Source: a bacterium
GTDB taxonomy: Bacteria; Bdellovibrionota_C; UBA2361; RFPC01
NCBI GenBank assembly: GCA_009926305.1
Contig: RFPC01000002.1
Span: forward strand, 1,932-65,931
Reading direction: 5' to 3'
DNA length: 64,000 nucleotides
The position numbers were made by a program, and so were the translations under genes. The notes below the pieces were generated by a model. The model saw nothing but the letters and a program-made list of their open reading frames with translations. It had not been told where the DNA came from and made no database searches. Below, in pieces: positions 20,087 through 30,388 of this stretch (its first letter is position 1; each line of letters opens with the position of its first letter).

Positions 20087-22024
20087 TTACGTCCCTTCTT
20101 TCTCCTTGTCTAACTCCCGAGCAAGCAAAATATCTTTGGGAGATTCACTGAGGATCTGTACCCCAAGCAGCCGTTTGTCTCCCTTGGAATTCGGATAAAA
20201 TGGTTTATCGATATATCCTTTGACATTGAGGCCACGGTAAGGATTTTCTGCAGGACAAGGAATTTTAAGGGATTGATTGGCGCCCGCTGGAAGCAGTTGC
20301 TCCAAATGACCACCCTCAGTAGAGAGCGATACCCGTTGAGCTGCGGAAGTGATGTTACGGATCTGAATGGATGCTTGACGTTGAGAGGTGCCCTCCTCAT
20401 CATTACAGAGTATCCAGGTGCTGAAGGCTCGTTGAGTCCACCTATAGGTATGGCCTGACACCGGATCTTTCTCCCACTGATAGAGTCCCATTTCGCCCTG
20501 TAAGGTAGAAACATAGAGCGCCGGACTGAACGCAAGAACAACAAAAATAGCCAATAGGTACGAGGAGCGGTGAACTGAGATCAGGCGAATAATGAGAGAT
20601 AAAAATAGAGCGCACAGCAACATCACTTCTTGAAAGAGGTAGTGGGGTCCGATGAACAGAATGACAGCAAAGGAAGCAAAAGCTGCTAAGCCTACTCGGA
20701 ACGCGCGCTTTTTCGTATGAAGACCTTCTTGTAATCCAATTTTTGAATAGAGCAGCATAAGGGTCATCACGAGAAGCCCCAGGAGGCCATACTCTGCTAA
20801 AAAACCGATATAGGCATTATTTGGATTATCAGTCCAGAAGCCGATATCAATACCGAGATAATCGGACAAACTAGTTACATACCCTGAAAATTGTAGGGGA
20901 CCGACTCCTGAGACGGGAAAACGTGAAAATGCCTCTACTCCTAACGAGGCAAACTGCAGTCGATTTTCAACAAGAGTTAAATCTCCCCTCAATAAGGCTG
21001 AGACGGTCTCTCGTACCCGAACGAGTGATTGAAAATTATCCAAGCCCAAGACAAGGAGTCCACAGAGACTTATGCCTATCAGAATCACTAATACACTTCT
21101 TCCATTATGTTGCTTCCTAATAGAGTAAGCGGTTAAGGCCCCATACAGGGCAAAAAAGACAAGAATATAGAGGAGAAATGTGCGGCTGCCCGACAGGAGT
21201 CCTCCGAGAATTGCTAAGATCATTCCACACAGAACAAGACGAGGGCGCTCGTTATAAACATCCTGTTCTTTCCCGATGTGCAATAAGAGAAATATAAAAA
21301 AAACGGCAGAGAAAATACCAAACGCGTTCGGATCGGTGAAAGTTCCGACACTCCGATTGAGAGAATCCCATAGCGGAGTTTGCCGGGGAAATTGGAGGTG
21401 AATTTGCTCTATTAGCGGAAGCTTTCGAGTCAATGCTTGTATGATTGAAAAAAGAAGTCCAAGCGTCCCACCCCACAATATCCCTCTTACAGAAGCAATT
21501 TGTGCAGACTTCTCCTCTGAGCATAACTTAAAGAATGCAAATGCAGAGAACAGGAGCGCAGCAAAACCAAGTTGAGATAATACCTGGATACCGAGAAACG
21601 GAACAGATTGCGAGGCATTTATCGACCATTGAAGATTGGGAAATTCATGCACAAGAGTAAATCCGCCATATAGAATAAGATAGAGAAGTATGGGGAATCC
21701 AAAATGAGGGAAGGTCTCTTTGTTTTTACAAATGACTCCCCCGAATATAAGGAGACTCAAAATTGAAACAATATCTACTCCTAATACCGGCGCAATTGGA
21801 AATATACATCCAAAGAAGAAAAGTGACCTTTCAAGAAGAGAACGTTTAGAAAGCCATTTCTTTTCGCCTATTGCGGCAAAAAACACACTGATGAAAAGAC
21901 AAAAAAGAGGCAAAACAGGAAAGGATTCAAGTAGTGTAACGTCATGATACAGACGAATGGCGCTCGTTGAGAAAAGGAGGAGAAGAAAGCTCAACAGAGC
22001 CAGGGTCATAAGAAAAGGGCGCAT
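20087..22024 (-). CDS. polytopic membrane protein with O-antigen ligase/polymerase-like (Wzy_C) domain plus a C-terminal periplasmic domain
   Basis: More than 10 TM segments. 'NAYIGFLAEYGLLGL' and 'SGSRTFLL' resemble Wzy_C motifs. About 130-aa soluble C-terminal domain. 645 aa. Confidence 0.5.
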   Translation of the reverse strand: MRPFLMTLALLSFLLLLFSTSAIRLYHDVTLLESFPVLPLFCLFISVFFAAIGEKKWLSKRSLLERSLFFFGCIFPIAPVLGVDIVSILSLLIFGGVICKNKETFPHFGFPILLYLILYGGFTLVHEFPNLQWSINASQSVPFLGIQVLSQLGFAALLFSAFAFFKLCSEEKSAQIASVRGILWGGTLGLLFSIIQALTRKLPLIEQIHLQFPRQTPLWDSLNRSVGTFTDPNAFGIFSAVFFIFLLLHIGKEQDVYNERPRLVLCGMILAILGGLLSGSRTFLLYILVFFALYGALTAYSIRKQHNGRSVLVILIGISLCGLLVLGLDNFQSLVRVRETVSALLRGDLTLVENRLQFASLGVEAFSRFPVSGVGPLQFSGYVTSLSDYLGIDIGFWTDNPNNAYIGFLAEYGLLGLLVMTLMLLYSKIGLQEGLHTKKRAFRVGLAAFASFAVILFIGPHYLFQEVMLLCALFLSLIIRLISVHRSSYLLAIFVVLAFSPALYVSTLQGEMGLYQWEKDPVSGHTYRWTQRAFSTWILCNDEEGTSQRQASIQIRNITSAAQRVSLSTEGGHLEQLLPAGANQSLKIPCPAENPYRGLNVKGYIDKPFYPNSKGDKRLLGVQILSESPKDILLARELDKEKEGT

Positions 22025-22028
22025 TGTA

Positions 22029-22679
22029 TTATTCTGCCTCCTGCCCTACCTCTTCACAGATCTCGTCCCCATGATTCCAATGATAGTTGAAACTGACACT
22101 TACCCGTTCTTCACTTGCGGTATGGGGCGGCACTTCATGTCGTAGCCAACTCTCGAATAACACTAAATCACCAGCAGCAGGTTGATGGGAAACGAACGAA
22201 CACAGCTCATCACTGAGCTCCTCCCTTCGAGGAGGACAAGCCATCTGAAGCCCCAGTCTGGGGTCTTCAAAACGTATAGCGCTTGCTCCAAGAGGCATTG
22301 AAACGTAGTAAGTACCACTAATAAATGATAGAGGATGAATATGACCTGTATGGACGCATCCTGGGCCCATAATGTTAACCCACATATCAGATATCTCTAA
22401 TTCTATCCCATTCATCTCATAGCCGAGCGAATCTGCAAACTCATAGGCACACGGACGAATATGCTGCTCTAACTCACGAAAGGTACTGCTCATGTAAAAG
22501 AGGTCATTGCGTGAAGCATAGGATGTAAAGCCACCGGGATAGTTCGAGGTGCTCCATTCCTGACCATCCTCATCGAAGTCTTTAATCTGAAAACTCTCTT
22601 TCTGGAGCTCATGAAAGAGCTGGTTATCGGACCTCAGCAAAGATTTCTCGTATATGAGAGTGTGAAATAGGGAGCGCAT
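22029..22679 (-). CDS. TIGR02466-type putative 2OG-Fe(II) oxygenase-fold protein
   Basis: 'MWVNIMGPGCVHTGHIHP...SGTYYV' and 'LVLFESWLRHEV...RVSVSFN' match the conserved blocks of the TIGR02466 family. 216 aa. Confidence 0.6.
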   Translation of the reverse strand: MRSLFHTLIYEKSLLRSDNQLFHELQKESFQIKDFDEDGQEWSTSNYPGGFTSYASRNDLFYMSSTFRELEQHIRPCAYEFADSLGYEMNGIELEISDMWVNIMGPGCVHTGHIHPLSFISGTYYVSMPLGASAIRFEDPRLGLQMACPPRREELSDELCSFVSHQPAAGDLVLFESWLRHEVPPHTASEERVSVSFNYHWNHGDEICEEVGQEAE

Positions 22680-22681
22680 TA

Positions 22682-23608
22682 CTATTTACCTTTTCTGTTC
22701 TTTCGGTCTACCTTACTTGCTTTGACCTCATGCTGAAAAGCCGACAAATCCCCTTGTCCATCTGGCACAAACAGCATCACCTCGTTCTTCGAGACAATCT
22801 CACTCTGAGAAAGGGCATTATCCTCTATGACGGTCCGTATTTGATTCCAGTTTTTCTCGAAATTTTCACCAATCAGGATACCAAATGGACCAAGCTCACC
22901 CCGATAGAGCCCTGATTTTAAGGCACCAACAATAAGAGGCTCTTTATCAGCGGAAGGGTAGACAGGTTGATCAAGAATATGTGAACCATGAAAAACTCTG
23001 GATGTTCCCCCCTCTGGGGTAGTGGTTACTGAGTGCACTACTACCCTCTGGCCCTGAAAAACGCCTAGCGTCAGTAGCATCCATTCCTTGGGAGGAACGA
23101 CTATATCTGAAAAAAGAAATTTACCTCCTTGTCCTCGAATATCTCCCCAGAATAGTGCAGGTCGGTCCACCTCACCTCTTCGGATTATTCCAAAAGAGTA
23201 CCCGCTCACAAACTCCAGATGCGCTTTTAGTTTGGCAACGAATATAGAGTTGTCGCCTTCTTTCAGTAGCCCCCGGGGTCGAATCCAAACAAATAACCCG
23301 AAATCTTCACCACGAGCTGGTTCTAGGTCAGGTGAATGATTCAGCGAGATAAAATCTCCACCTGTGCGAACCCGGAATGTTTTCGGAAATCGCCTTTCTG
23401 ATTCCTCGTCAGCTTCATCATGAGTGGCTTGCTCAATAACTGGGGAACTATGGATGGGTCCAGAAAAGAAACTACTCGCTTGAAAGACGATGACGGCGGC
23501 TAAGAGAAAAGCACCGAAGAATAGAGTAATTCGAAGAAGAAATATTTTAACAGGAGACACCCTATCCCTCTCAAAGTGTATGAATAAAAATCGAGCGTTC
23601 GATATCAA
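22682..23608 (-). CDS. membrane-anchored protein with a LamG/concanavalin-like jelly-roll domain (putative)
   Basis: N-terminal TM. 'DFGLFVWIRPRGL...NSIFVAK...GYSFGI' resembles a LamG pattern. 308 aa. Confidence 0.35.
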   Translation of the reverse strand: MISNARFLFIHFERDRVSPVKIFLLRITLFFGAFLLAAVIVFQASSFFSGPIHSSPVIEQATHDEADEESERRFPKTFRVRTGGDFISLNHSPDLEPARGEDFGLFVWIRPRGLLKEGDNSIFVAKLKAHLEFVSGYSFGIIRRGEVDRPALFWGDIRGQGGKFLFSDIVVPPKEWMLLTLGVFQGQRVVVHSVTTTPEGGTSRVFHGSHILDQPVYPSADKEPLIVGALKSGLYRGELGPFGILIGENFEKNWNQIRTVIEDNALSQSEIVSKNEVMLFVPDGQGDLSAFQHEVKASKVDRKNRKGK

Positions 23609-23702
23609 TCGAGAGTAACGGTATGTTCGTCAGATACATATAAGCAAGCTGCAAAAAGCAACCGAACAGCGATAGCATCATAAATGAGGCTACATGAACA
23701 GG

Positions 23703-24329
23703 TTATTCCTCTTCGCTGGCTTCTTCCTCGGCTATGAAACCTGCATCGAGTTCCTCGCCGCTCTCTGAATCAGCCAGGAGCTGCTCTTCTTCTACGACGC
23801 TACTCGATTCTTCTCCTTCAATCTGATCCTCATCAGAGGCCTCTTTCTTGCGGCTCTTCTTGCCTTCTGGCTTGGCGACTTTTTCAGCGATAGCCTTTAC
23901 GTCCACAGTAACGGGTACGACAACCTCAGAGTGAAGTTGAATCTCAGCTTCAAATTCGCCAGCACTCTTAATGATATCATTCAGTCGTACTTGCTTTTTA
24001 TCGATGGCATAGCCGCGATCCTGCAGTGCCTTCAAAATATCCCTTGTGCCAACTGAACCAAAGGCCTTGCCTCCTGCTCCAACTTTCAACTCAAAGGAAA
24101 GCCTCTCTGCAGACACCTTTTTTCCAAGCTCTTCGGCTTCTCCACGCAAGCGTGAGCGCTTTGCAGTGATACCAGCCATAATATGGTTAAATTCTTTTGC
24201 TTTACGAGAGGCAAAATCTACGGCTATTCCACGAGGGAACAGAAAATTCCGGGCATAACCATTCCGAACTTGAACAGTATCTCCGACATAACCTAGTGCC
24301 GGAAAATCTTCTATAAGAAGCACTTCCAT
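23703..24329 (-). CDS. rplI: 50S ribosomal protein L9 with about 60-aa acidic C-terminal tail
   Basis: 'MEVLLIEDFPALGYVGDTVQVRNGYARNFLFPRG' L9 N-domain. The C-terminus is E/D/S-rich. Confidence 0.9.
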   Translation of the reverse strand: MEVLLIEDFPALGYVGDTVQVRNGYARNFLFPRGIAVDFASRKAKEFNHIMAGITAKRSRLRGEAEELGKKVSAERLSFELKVGAGGKAFGSVGTRDILKALQDRGYAIDKKQVRLNDIIKSAGEFEAEIQLHSEVVVPVTVDVKAIAEKVAKPEGKKSRKKEASDEDQIEGEESSSVVEEEQLLADSESGEELDAGFIAEEEASEEE

Positions 24330-24386
24330 CTTATCACTCCTTCACATACTGACTAATGAGAAACGTTTTCTGTTTATAAACTCTGA

Positions 24387-24734
24387 CTAAGCTGCACTTT
24401 TCTTTAAATGCTCTCCACTGAGTCGCCCCTTGAACTTTCGAGTACTATCGCTGATGCGATGCGTTTGAAACTTGGTAACCGACTCATTAATACGAAGTAG
24501 ATCATTTATGCGTTCACCAAGCTCAGCGCTATCGGCCTCATAGTAGAAGACCGTATAGGCACCATAGTTTTTCTTGTTCATCTGGTATGCAAGTTCACGC
24601 TTGCCCCAGCCATCAAGCACAATATCTTTCGCTCCGTTCTCAGAGAGAAATTTATTAAAGTTCTCTGATTCTGCGGCGACTTGTTCATCAGTCAGCACTG
24701 AATCAAAAATTATTATCGTTTCGTATTTTCTCAT
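24387..24734 (-). CDS. rpsF: 30S ribosomal protein S6
   Basis: '[12 protein letters not shown]...[14 protein letters not shown]' S6 signature. 115 aa. Confidence 0.9.
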   Translation of the reverse strand: MRKYETIIIFDSVLTDEQVAAESENFNKFLSENGAKDIVLDGWGKRELAYQMNKKNYGAYTVFYYEADSAELGERINDLLRINESVTKFQTHRISDSTRKFKGRLSGEHLKKSAA

Positions 24735-24790
24735 TCTGTATCCTCTTTACAAAATCCGCACAAATGCTCGCTATCCTATCTATTTCCTCG

Positions 24791-26836
24791 TTATAAAAGA
24801 GGAGCAATGAGGAGAGCTACTATCGACATTAACTTAATCAGAATATTTAGTGCTGGCCCCGAGGTGTCCTTACATGGATCACCAACGGTGTCACCAACAA
24901 CCGCCGCTTTGTGAGCCTCTGAGCCCTTAGATTCACCATCTACCAGCCCCTGCTCAATGTACTTTTTAGCGTTATCCCATGCTCCACCAGCATTTGCCAT
25001 AAGAAGAGCTAACACAACCCCAACGACGGTTGCACCAAGTAGCATCCCAGCCAAACTTGCTGCACCCAGAAGGAAACCGACCACACAAGGTGCCGCTACT
25101 GCAATAATCCCAGGGAGTTTCATTTCCGCTAATGCCGCATCAGTAGAGATTGCAACACAGCGAGATACCTCTGGCTTCGCATCAGGTTTACCGTCGAGAA
25201 GTCCAGGAATCTCTCGGAACTGCCTCCGTATCTCTGTCACCATTTTTCCTGCCGCCTTCCCGACAGAAATCATTGTCAGAGCAGAAATGACACATGGCAA
25301 GGCCGCGCCAATCAAGACTCCGATAACCAGCTCTGGATTCGTGATTGCGAAGTCCACCACTACTTCATTTTCTGTTAACGTCTGAGCGAAGGCTGCAAAC
25401 AGTGCCAGCGCGGTTAGTGCTGCTGAACCGATAGCAAATCCTTTCCCGATTGCTGCTGTTGTATTTCCAATACTGTCTAGCTTATCCGTAATAGCCCGAG
25501 TCTCAGGGCCAAGCTCTGACATTTCCGAAATACCACCCGCGTTATCGGCAATCGGACCATAGGCGTCTACGCTCATCGTAATACCCACCGTAGACAACAT
25601 AGCCACAGCAGCAAGTGCTACTCCATAAAGACCACCAGCCCAGTTTGCTATTGCAATCGTGACTGCGATTATCACGAGCGGCCCAGCACAACTCATGAAC
25701 CCTACGGACAGTCCTGCGATAATATTGGTTGCCGGACCTGTCTTTGAGGCTTCTGCAATACCAAAGACTGGCTTCATCGCCGTGTAATACTCTGCGGTCA
25801 GGCCAATCAGGACACCACTCAACGTTCCTACTACCATGGAAATCCAGAGATTGGCATTTACATCGGTGAACATGGTGTAGAGAAACATGATCGCAAGGAA
25901 AATTCCCGCCGAGACAAATGTTGAGTTTCTGAGCGCTGCGGCTGGATCCTTATCTTTCATGGCGTTCATCGCGCCGATTCCGATAAGCGATGAGAAAAGT
26001 CCGATAACTCCCATGAGGAACGGAGTAATCATAAGCCACTGCCTTGAATTCCATTCGTCTCCACCTGCAACGTAGGAAGTAATTCCAGATAGTTCTGAAA
26101 CGGCAATAGTTGCACCGATCGCCATACAGGCGATCATTGAACCAACATAAGATTCAAAAATATCAGCACCCATTCCGGCAACGTCGCCGACATTATCCCC
26201 AACGTTATCTGCGATAACTCCAGGGTTTCTTGGGTCATCTTCTGGTATTCCTGCTTCCACCTTTCCAACGAGGTCAGCTCCAACGTCCGCTGCTTTCGTG
26301 TAGATTCCACCTCCGACGCGGGCGAAAAGTGCAACGGAAGATGCGCCCATTCCGAATCCTACTAGGTACTGCGCTCCTCCTTCCGATCCGAATGCGATAT
26401 AGAGCACGCCAAGACCCAAAATCCCCAGACTTGCTACGCAAAGTCCCATAACCGCTCCACCGTTAAACGCTGTCATGAGCGCTAGCCCCTGATTCTTTTC
26501 AGAAGCTGCTTGAGTCGTACGCACGTTAGCGGCGGTTGCTGCAGACATCCCAGCAAAGCCCGCGAATAAAGAACAGAAGCTACCAACGGCATAGGCTACC
26601 GCTACTTGGTATCCGAGAGCACTTGCAAGAAGGAGAAAAACTATCGCTATAAAGATTATGAGGTAGAACGCCTCTTTTCTTAAAAATGCAAGTGCTCCAT
26701 CCCTAATATCTTGAGCGATGGCTCTCATTTTCTCTGAGCCTACTGGCATGGCCTGAATCTGTGCGTACGTTCGATAGGCAATAATAAGCCCAAATAAACC
26801 GGTAATTGGCATCAGATACGAAAGTGCTTGCATCAT
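24791..26836 (-). CDS. hppA: membrane-bound proton-translocating pyrophosphatase
   Basis: '[27 protein letters not shown]' H+-PPase signature. 681 aa, polytopic. Confidence 0.95.
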   Translation of the reverse strand: MMQALSYLMPITGLFGLIIAYRTYAQIQAMPVGSEKMRAIAQDIRDGALAFLRKEAFYLIIFIAIVFLLLASALGYQVAVAYAVGSFCSLFAGFAGMSAATAANVRTTQAASEKNQGLALMTAFNGGAVMGLCVASLGILGLGVLYIAFGSEGGAQYLVGFGMGASSVALFARVGGGIYTKAADVGADLVGKVEAGIPEDDPRNPGVIADNVGDNVGDVAGMGADIFESYVGSMIACMAIGATIAVSELSGITSYVAGGDEWNSRQWLMITPFLMGVIGLFSSLIGIGAMNAMKDKDPAAALRNSTFVSAGIFLAIMFLYTMFTDVNANLWISMVVGTLSGVLIGLTAEYYTAMKPVFGIAEASKTGPATNIIAGLSVGFMSCAGPLVIIAVTIAIANWAGGLYGVALAAVAMLSTVGITMSVDAYGPIADNAGGISEMSELGPETRAITDKLDSIGNTTAAIGKGFAIGSAALTALALFAAFAQTLTENEVVVDFAITNPELVIGVLIGAALPCVISALTMISVGKAAGKMVTEIRRQFREIPGLLDGKPDAKPEVSRCVAISTDAALAEMKLPGIIAVAAPCVVGFLLGAASLAGMLLGATVVGVVLALLMANAGGAWDNAKKYIEQGLVDGESKGSEAHKAAVVGDTVGDPCKDTSGPALNILIKLMSIVALLIAPLL

Positions 26837-26959
26837 TACTCCCCCTTAGTAGGAAAATTAAAATCAGTTTGACGCGTCCTATTAAATTATTCCAATACGT
26901 TACTATTCTTGAGGAAGTCGCGTCCTCCTTTTTCCCAGAACAGAACATCAACCCAATAT

Positions 26960-27628
26960 CTATCTTCTTTGGGCTTCACTCCTTCTGTTAACGGTCATTT
27001 GCGTTTGTTCAAATCCATTCTCAAGCAAACTGCAAACCGCATCCACAGCAGTGTCCAGAGCTCCACTCAGGGTGTCTTGTTCCCCCTTGCCGAACGCTCC
27101 GAGCACCCAACTATGCACTAAGTCACCCTTTATGTCAGCCTTTTGGCCAATATTTGGTCTGCCAATGCCAAAACGCACTCTTACATAGCTGGCTCCCCCG
27201 AGAAGCTTTGTTATTGACTTGAGCCCATTATGCCCGCCATCTCCCCCTCCTTTACGGATACGGCAGGTTCCGAGTGGGAAATCCAAGTCGTCATGAATCA
27301 CGCAGATCTGCTCTCGAGGTATCTGAAAATACTTAGCCAGAGCCTGTACGGACTCTCCGCTAAGGTTCATAAATGTCTGAGGTTTCAACAGAAAAAGCTT
27401 TCTAGCCGGTTCTCCATAGGGTGAACGACTGAGCGTGAGATAGTTTCCCTGAAATTTTGATTTCCATTGAAGAGCATGGACAATCGAGGACTCTCCAGAA
27501 CGGGATAACTCCTCAAAAAGCCGGTCTAGAACGAGAAAGCCCGCATTGTGTCGCGTTCTCTCGTATTCTGAGCCAGGATTGCCAAGACCGACAATCAACA
27601 CATCGGAGGTTGTGAAGGGATCTTCCAT
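26960..27628 (-). CDS. pth: peptidyl-tRNA hydrolase
   Basis: 'LIVGLGNPGSEYERTRHNAGF' Pth signature. Confidence 0.9.
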   Translation of the reverse strand: MEDPFTTSDVLIVGLGNPGSEYERTRHNAGFLVLDRLFEELSRSGESSIVHALQWKSKFQGNYLTLSRSPYGEPARKLFLLKPQTFMNLSGESVQALAKYFQIPREQICVIHDDLDFPLGTCRIRKGGGDGGHNGLKSITKLLGGASYVRVRFGIGRPNIGQKADIKGDLVHSWVLGAFGKGEQDTLSGALDTAVDAVCSLLENGFEQTQMTVNRRSEAQRR

Positions 27629-27808
27629 CGAACTCCTCTCCTCTTTACAGGCAACCTGCTGACCGTTTTCGACTGCTTACAGACCAAATACCAGAGTATT
27701 TTTATGCAAGATCTCCATCATCAAACACGCCCTTGGGACCGACGGCTAACCGACTCGAAAGCGAGATGACGTTAAGCGGTTAACCGGCTGAGGTAAGCAG
27801 GATTATGC

Positions 27809-28531
27809 TCAAGCCGCAGCAGAATCGGCACTCTCTGCCTTGCTTTCTTCCGTCTTCGATGCTCGACTCGAGAGTACAATCGCTACCGTCTGATCAGGAC
27901 TGCTCTTTAGAGTAACTCCTTCAGGCAGTTCAATGTCTCGTGTTCGAATCCGGTCTCCCAATGAAAGACCAGAGACATCAACTATGATTTCATTCGGAAC
28001 ACTCTCTGGCGTGGCAAGTACTGTTACTTCCCGACATGATGTTGCAAGTACACCACCTTGGCGCTTAACTCCTGGCGCCGTTCCGCTGACCACCACTGGC
28101 ACAATGATAGCAGCTGAGCGCCCTTCTTCTAGAAGAAGAAAGTCAACATGCAGCACGTCTCCCTTGATACCGTCTCTTTGAACTGCCTTGACGAGAGCCT
28201 TTCTACCAGCAAGTTCCCCTACTGCTCCATCAAAGGTGAATACCTGCGAACTTAACGCTCGAGAAGCTAACTGCTTGAAGGTTCGCTCATCTAACGAAAA
28301 CGGTATAGCTTCTTTTCCAACTTCATAGGCAACAGCTGGGATGAGCCCTGCCTTCCTGATTCCACGCGCCTTCGCGGAGCCATTTGGGGACCGTGCTTCA
28401 ATTTTGAGTTGAAAATCTGTTTTAGATTGTCCGGACTGCTTACTATTCTCTGCAGCCGATGAATCACCCTGTTCTGTCATCGTAATATCCTCTTTTATGC
28501 CAAAGACCCATAATCGATCCTGTCTCGGCAA
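27809..28531 (-). CDS. rplY: 50S ribosomal protein L25 / general stress protein Ctc
   Basis: 'KARGIRKAGLIPAVAYEVGKEAIPFSLDERTFKQL' L25 N-domain plus a Ctc-type C-domain. Conserved prs-rplY-pth order. The true start may be an internal Met. Confidence 0.85.
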   Translation of the reverse strand: MPRQDRLWVFGIKEDITMTEQGDSSAAENSKQSGQSKTDFQLKIEARSPNGSAKARGIRKAGLIPAVAYEVGKEAIPFSLDERTFKQLASRALSSQVFTFDGAVGELAGRKALVKAVQRDGIKGDVLHVDFLLLEEGRSAAIIVPVVVSGTAPGVKRQGGVLATSCREVTVLATPESVPNEIIVDVSGLSLGDRIRTRDIELPEGVTLKSSPDQTVAIVLSSRASKTEESKAESADSAAA

Positions 28532-28765
28532 CTCAGCCTGAAACCGCTACTTAACCACAAAAAGGTTATATTTCTCAACCCTTGGGAGAAATTTCACTGT
28601 TCCAGATGGGCGGAAAGACCACTAACTCTTGATAGGGCGGTCTTATAGACGAACACCTGCCAGATGATCGGTCTATTTCTCTCCTATCACGAATTACAAT
28701 AACTTCGGCAATTTGGAACCTGCCTCGGATGTCGCCTCGGACATGATCTCCTATCACGGTGGGAA

Positions 28766-29719
28766 CTAGCGGAAGATACTGCTAATTGAATCTTCACCAT
28801 GAATTCTTCGAATTGCCTCAGCGAAGAGGGGTACAACAGAAAGGACAGTCAGCTTCTCAAACCGTCTTGATGTTGGAAGATTAATCGAATCCGCAACGAC
28901 TACCTCTTTCAGTTGTGATGCCTGAAGGCGCTCCCCGGCTTTCCCAGATAAAACGGGATGTACACAACATGCAATTATCTCTTTTGCCCCCTCAGCGAGG
29001 AGCGCGTCGGCTGCTTTACTGAGTGTTCCCCCAGTATCTACCATGTCATCGACAATGATAGCTATTTTGTCCTTCACATCACCAACCACTTTCATTTCTG
29101 CCACGTGGTTTGGGCCTGAACGTCTTTTATCGATAATAGCAATGCCAACGTTTCCTAAACGGGTTGCATATTGGCGAGCACGTTCCACGCCTCCCATATC
29201 GGGCGAGACAACAACAAGAGGATGCTCTCGTGAGCCGTACTGCTCTCTTAAGTACGGGACCATAACCGGAAGTGCATTAAGATTATCAACTGGCTTATTG
29301 AAAAATCCCATAATCTGACCAGCATGAAGTTCCATTGTGAGCACTCGATTTGCACCAGCAGTTTCCAAGAGATCTGCTACTAACCTCGCGGTAATCGGAA
29401 CCCGCGGTTTTAATTTTCTATCCTGACGTGCATACCCGAAATAGGGAATCACTGCTGTGATACGCCAGGCGCTTGCTCGCTTGAGAGCATCGATGGTGAT
29501 AAGTAGCTCCATCAAATGATCATTTCCCGGCGCACTGGTACTCTGAACAATGAAGACATCTCTACCTCGAACGTTATCTCCTATCTCAACAGACAGTTCG
29601 CCGTCACTGAACTTAACAACTTCAAGCCTGCCGATCTCACGTTCTAGTGCATCCGAAACTGCAGTTGCAAAGCTTGGGTTTGACCGACCAGAGAAAACGA
29701 CGAGTTGTCTTTCTTTCAT
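28766..29719 (-). CDS. prs: ribose-phosphate pyrophosphokinase
   Basis: Full-length Prs; the N-terminus 'LVVFSGRSNPSFA' matches the Prs family and the PRPP-binding region is present. 317 aa. Confidence 0.95.
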   Translation of the reverse strand: MKERQLVVFSGRSNPSFATAVSDALEREIGRLEVVKFSDGELSVEIGDNVRGRDVFIVQSTSAPGNDHLMELLITIDALKRASAWRITAVIPYFGYARQDRKLKPRVPITARLVADLLETAGANRVLTMELHAGQIMGFFNKPVDNLNALPVMVPYLREQYGSREHPLVVVSPDMGGVERARQYATRLGNVGIAIIDKRRSGPNHVAEMKVVGDVKDKIAIIVDDMVDTGGTLSKAADALLAEGAKEIIACCVHPVLSGKAGERLQASQLKEVVVADSINLPTSRRFEKLTVLSVVPLFAEAIRRIHGEDSISSIFR

Positions 29720-30080
29720 GACAGAAAATGCTCCACTCTATGGGCTTCACTCTATTTGCACCTCTTATGCTTCTCTGAAGAGGAGAACACTGAAGAAAGA
29801 AAAGAACACCGAAGCCAGAAGAAAGGCTGCATTCCCTAGGAAAGCTGTATTCCCTCGTCCAACGTGCTTTCCTTCTTCCTCCGGATTATCTCCTGAGCGA
29901 AGACTGAAGTGTTGCCGAGACCTTAGCACAAAATAAGAAGTAAATGACAAGCAACATGACATTTTTTGTTTTAGGTGCTCTTCTTCGAACGAAAGACAAA
30001 GACAAACGGTGCTAAGTAGGTATGAGTGCACTACCGAGCAGGTCCAACACCTACAAAAGACGCGCACCTAAAAAGAGGTA

Positions 30081-30155
30081 TGGCTGGCCGGGTAGGATTC
30101 GAACCTACGGATACCGGAACCAAAATCCGGGGCCTTACCACTTGGCGACCGGCCA
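30081..30155 (-). tRNA. tRNA-Gln (anticodon UUG)
   Basis: Reverse complement folds as a cloverleaf: TGGCCGGTCGCCAAGTGGTAAGGCCCCGGATTTTGGTTCCGGTATCCGTAGGTTCGAATCCTACCCGGCCAGCCA. 7-bp acceptor stem, T-loop TTCGAAT, anticodon loop TTTTGGT with anticodon TTG, encoded CCA. Closely resembles E. coli tRNA-Gln. Confidence 0.85.
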
Positions 30156-30388
30156 ACCTGAGACAGTATTCTTGTACCATTCGATCTAATTCTGCAACCT
30201 CTCGGTTTTTTCTCCCACATTTTTGAGAATACACATAACAAGATGGGATAGCGGTTCTAGGTACTGTCGGCTATTATTCACTTTTTTCAGTAGGTTATCT
30301 TGAGGAGGAATCATTCAAGCTGACTCCTGAATTCATCTTGAATACCATAACAAGAAAAGTGGTTACGGTTCGACAGGTGCATTCCTGG

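Noticed and set aside
24957-25385. Antisense ORFs inside hppA, and similar antisense ORFs inside other large genes (tolB, mutL, feoB, TadE-like gene)
   Set aside because: Embedded in strongly supported coding regions and low-complexity in translation.
28540-28765. Possible regulatory RNA in the 234-nt prs-rplY spacer (short direct repeats 'ctcctatcacg' x2)
   Set aside because: Repeats are short and no stable conserved-looking structure is evident. Likely an ordinary promoter or leader.
29765-30067. 100-aa ORF between prs and tRNA-Gln (minus strand), and the overlapping + strand ORF 30026-30226
   Set aside because: Cys/Ser/Phe-rich nonsense-like sequence. The + ORF runs antisense straight through the tRNA gene. 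These are artefacts of the tRNA leader/trailer region.
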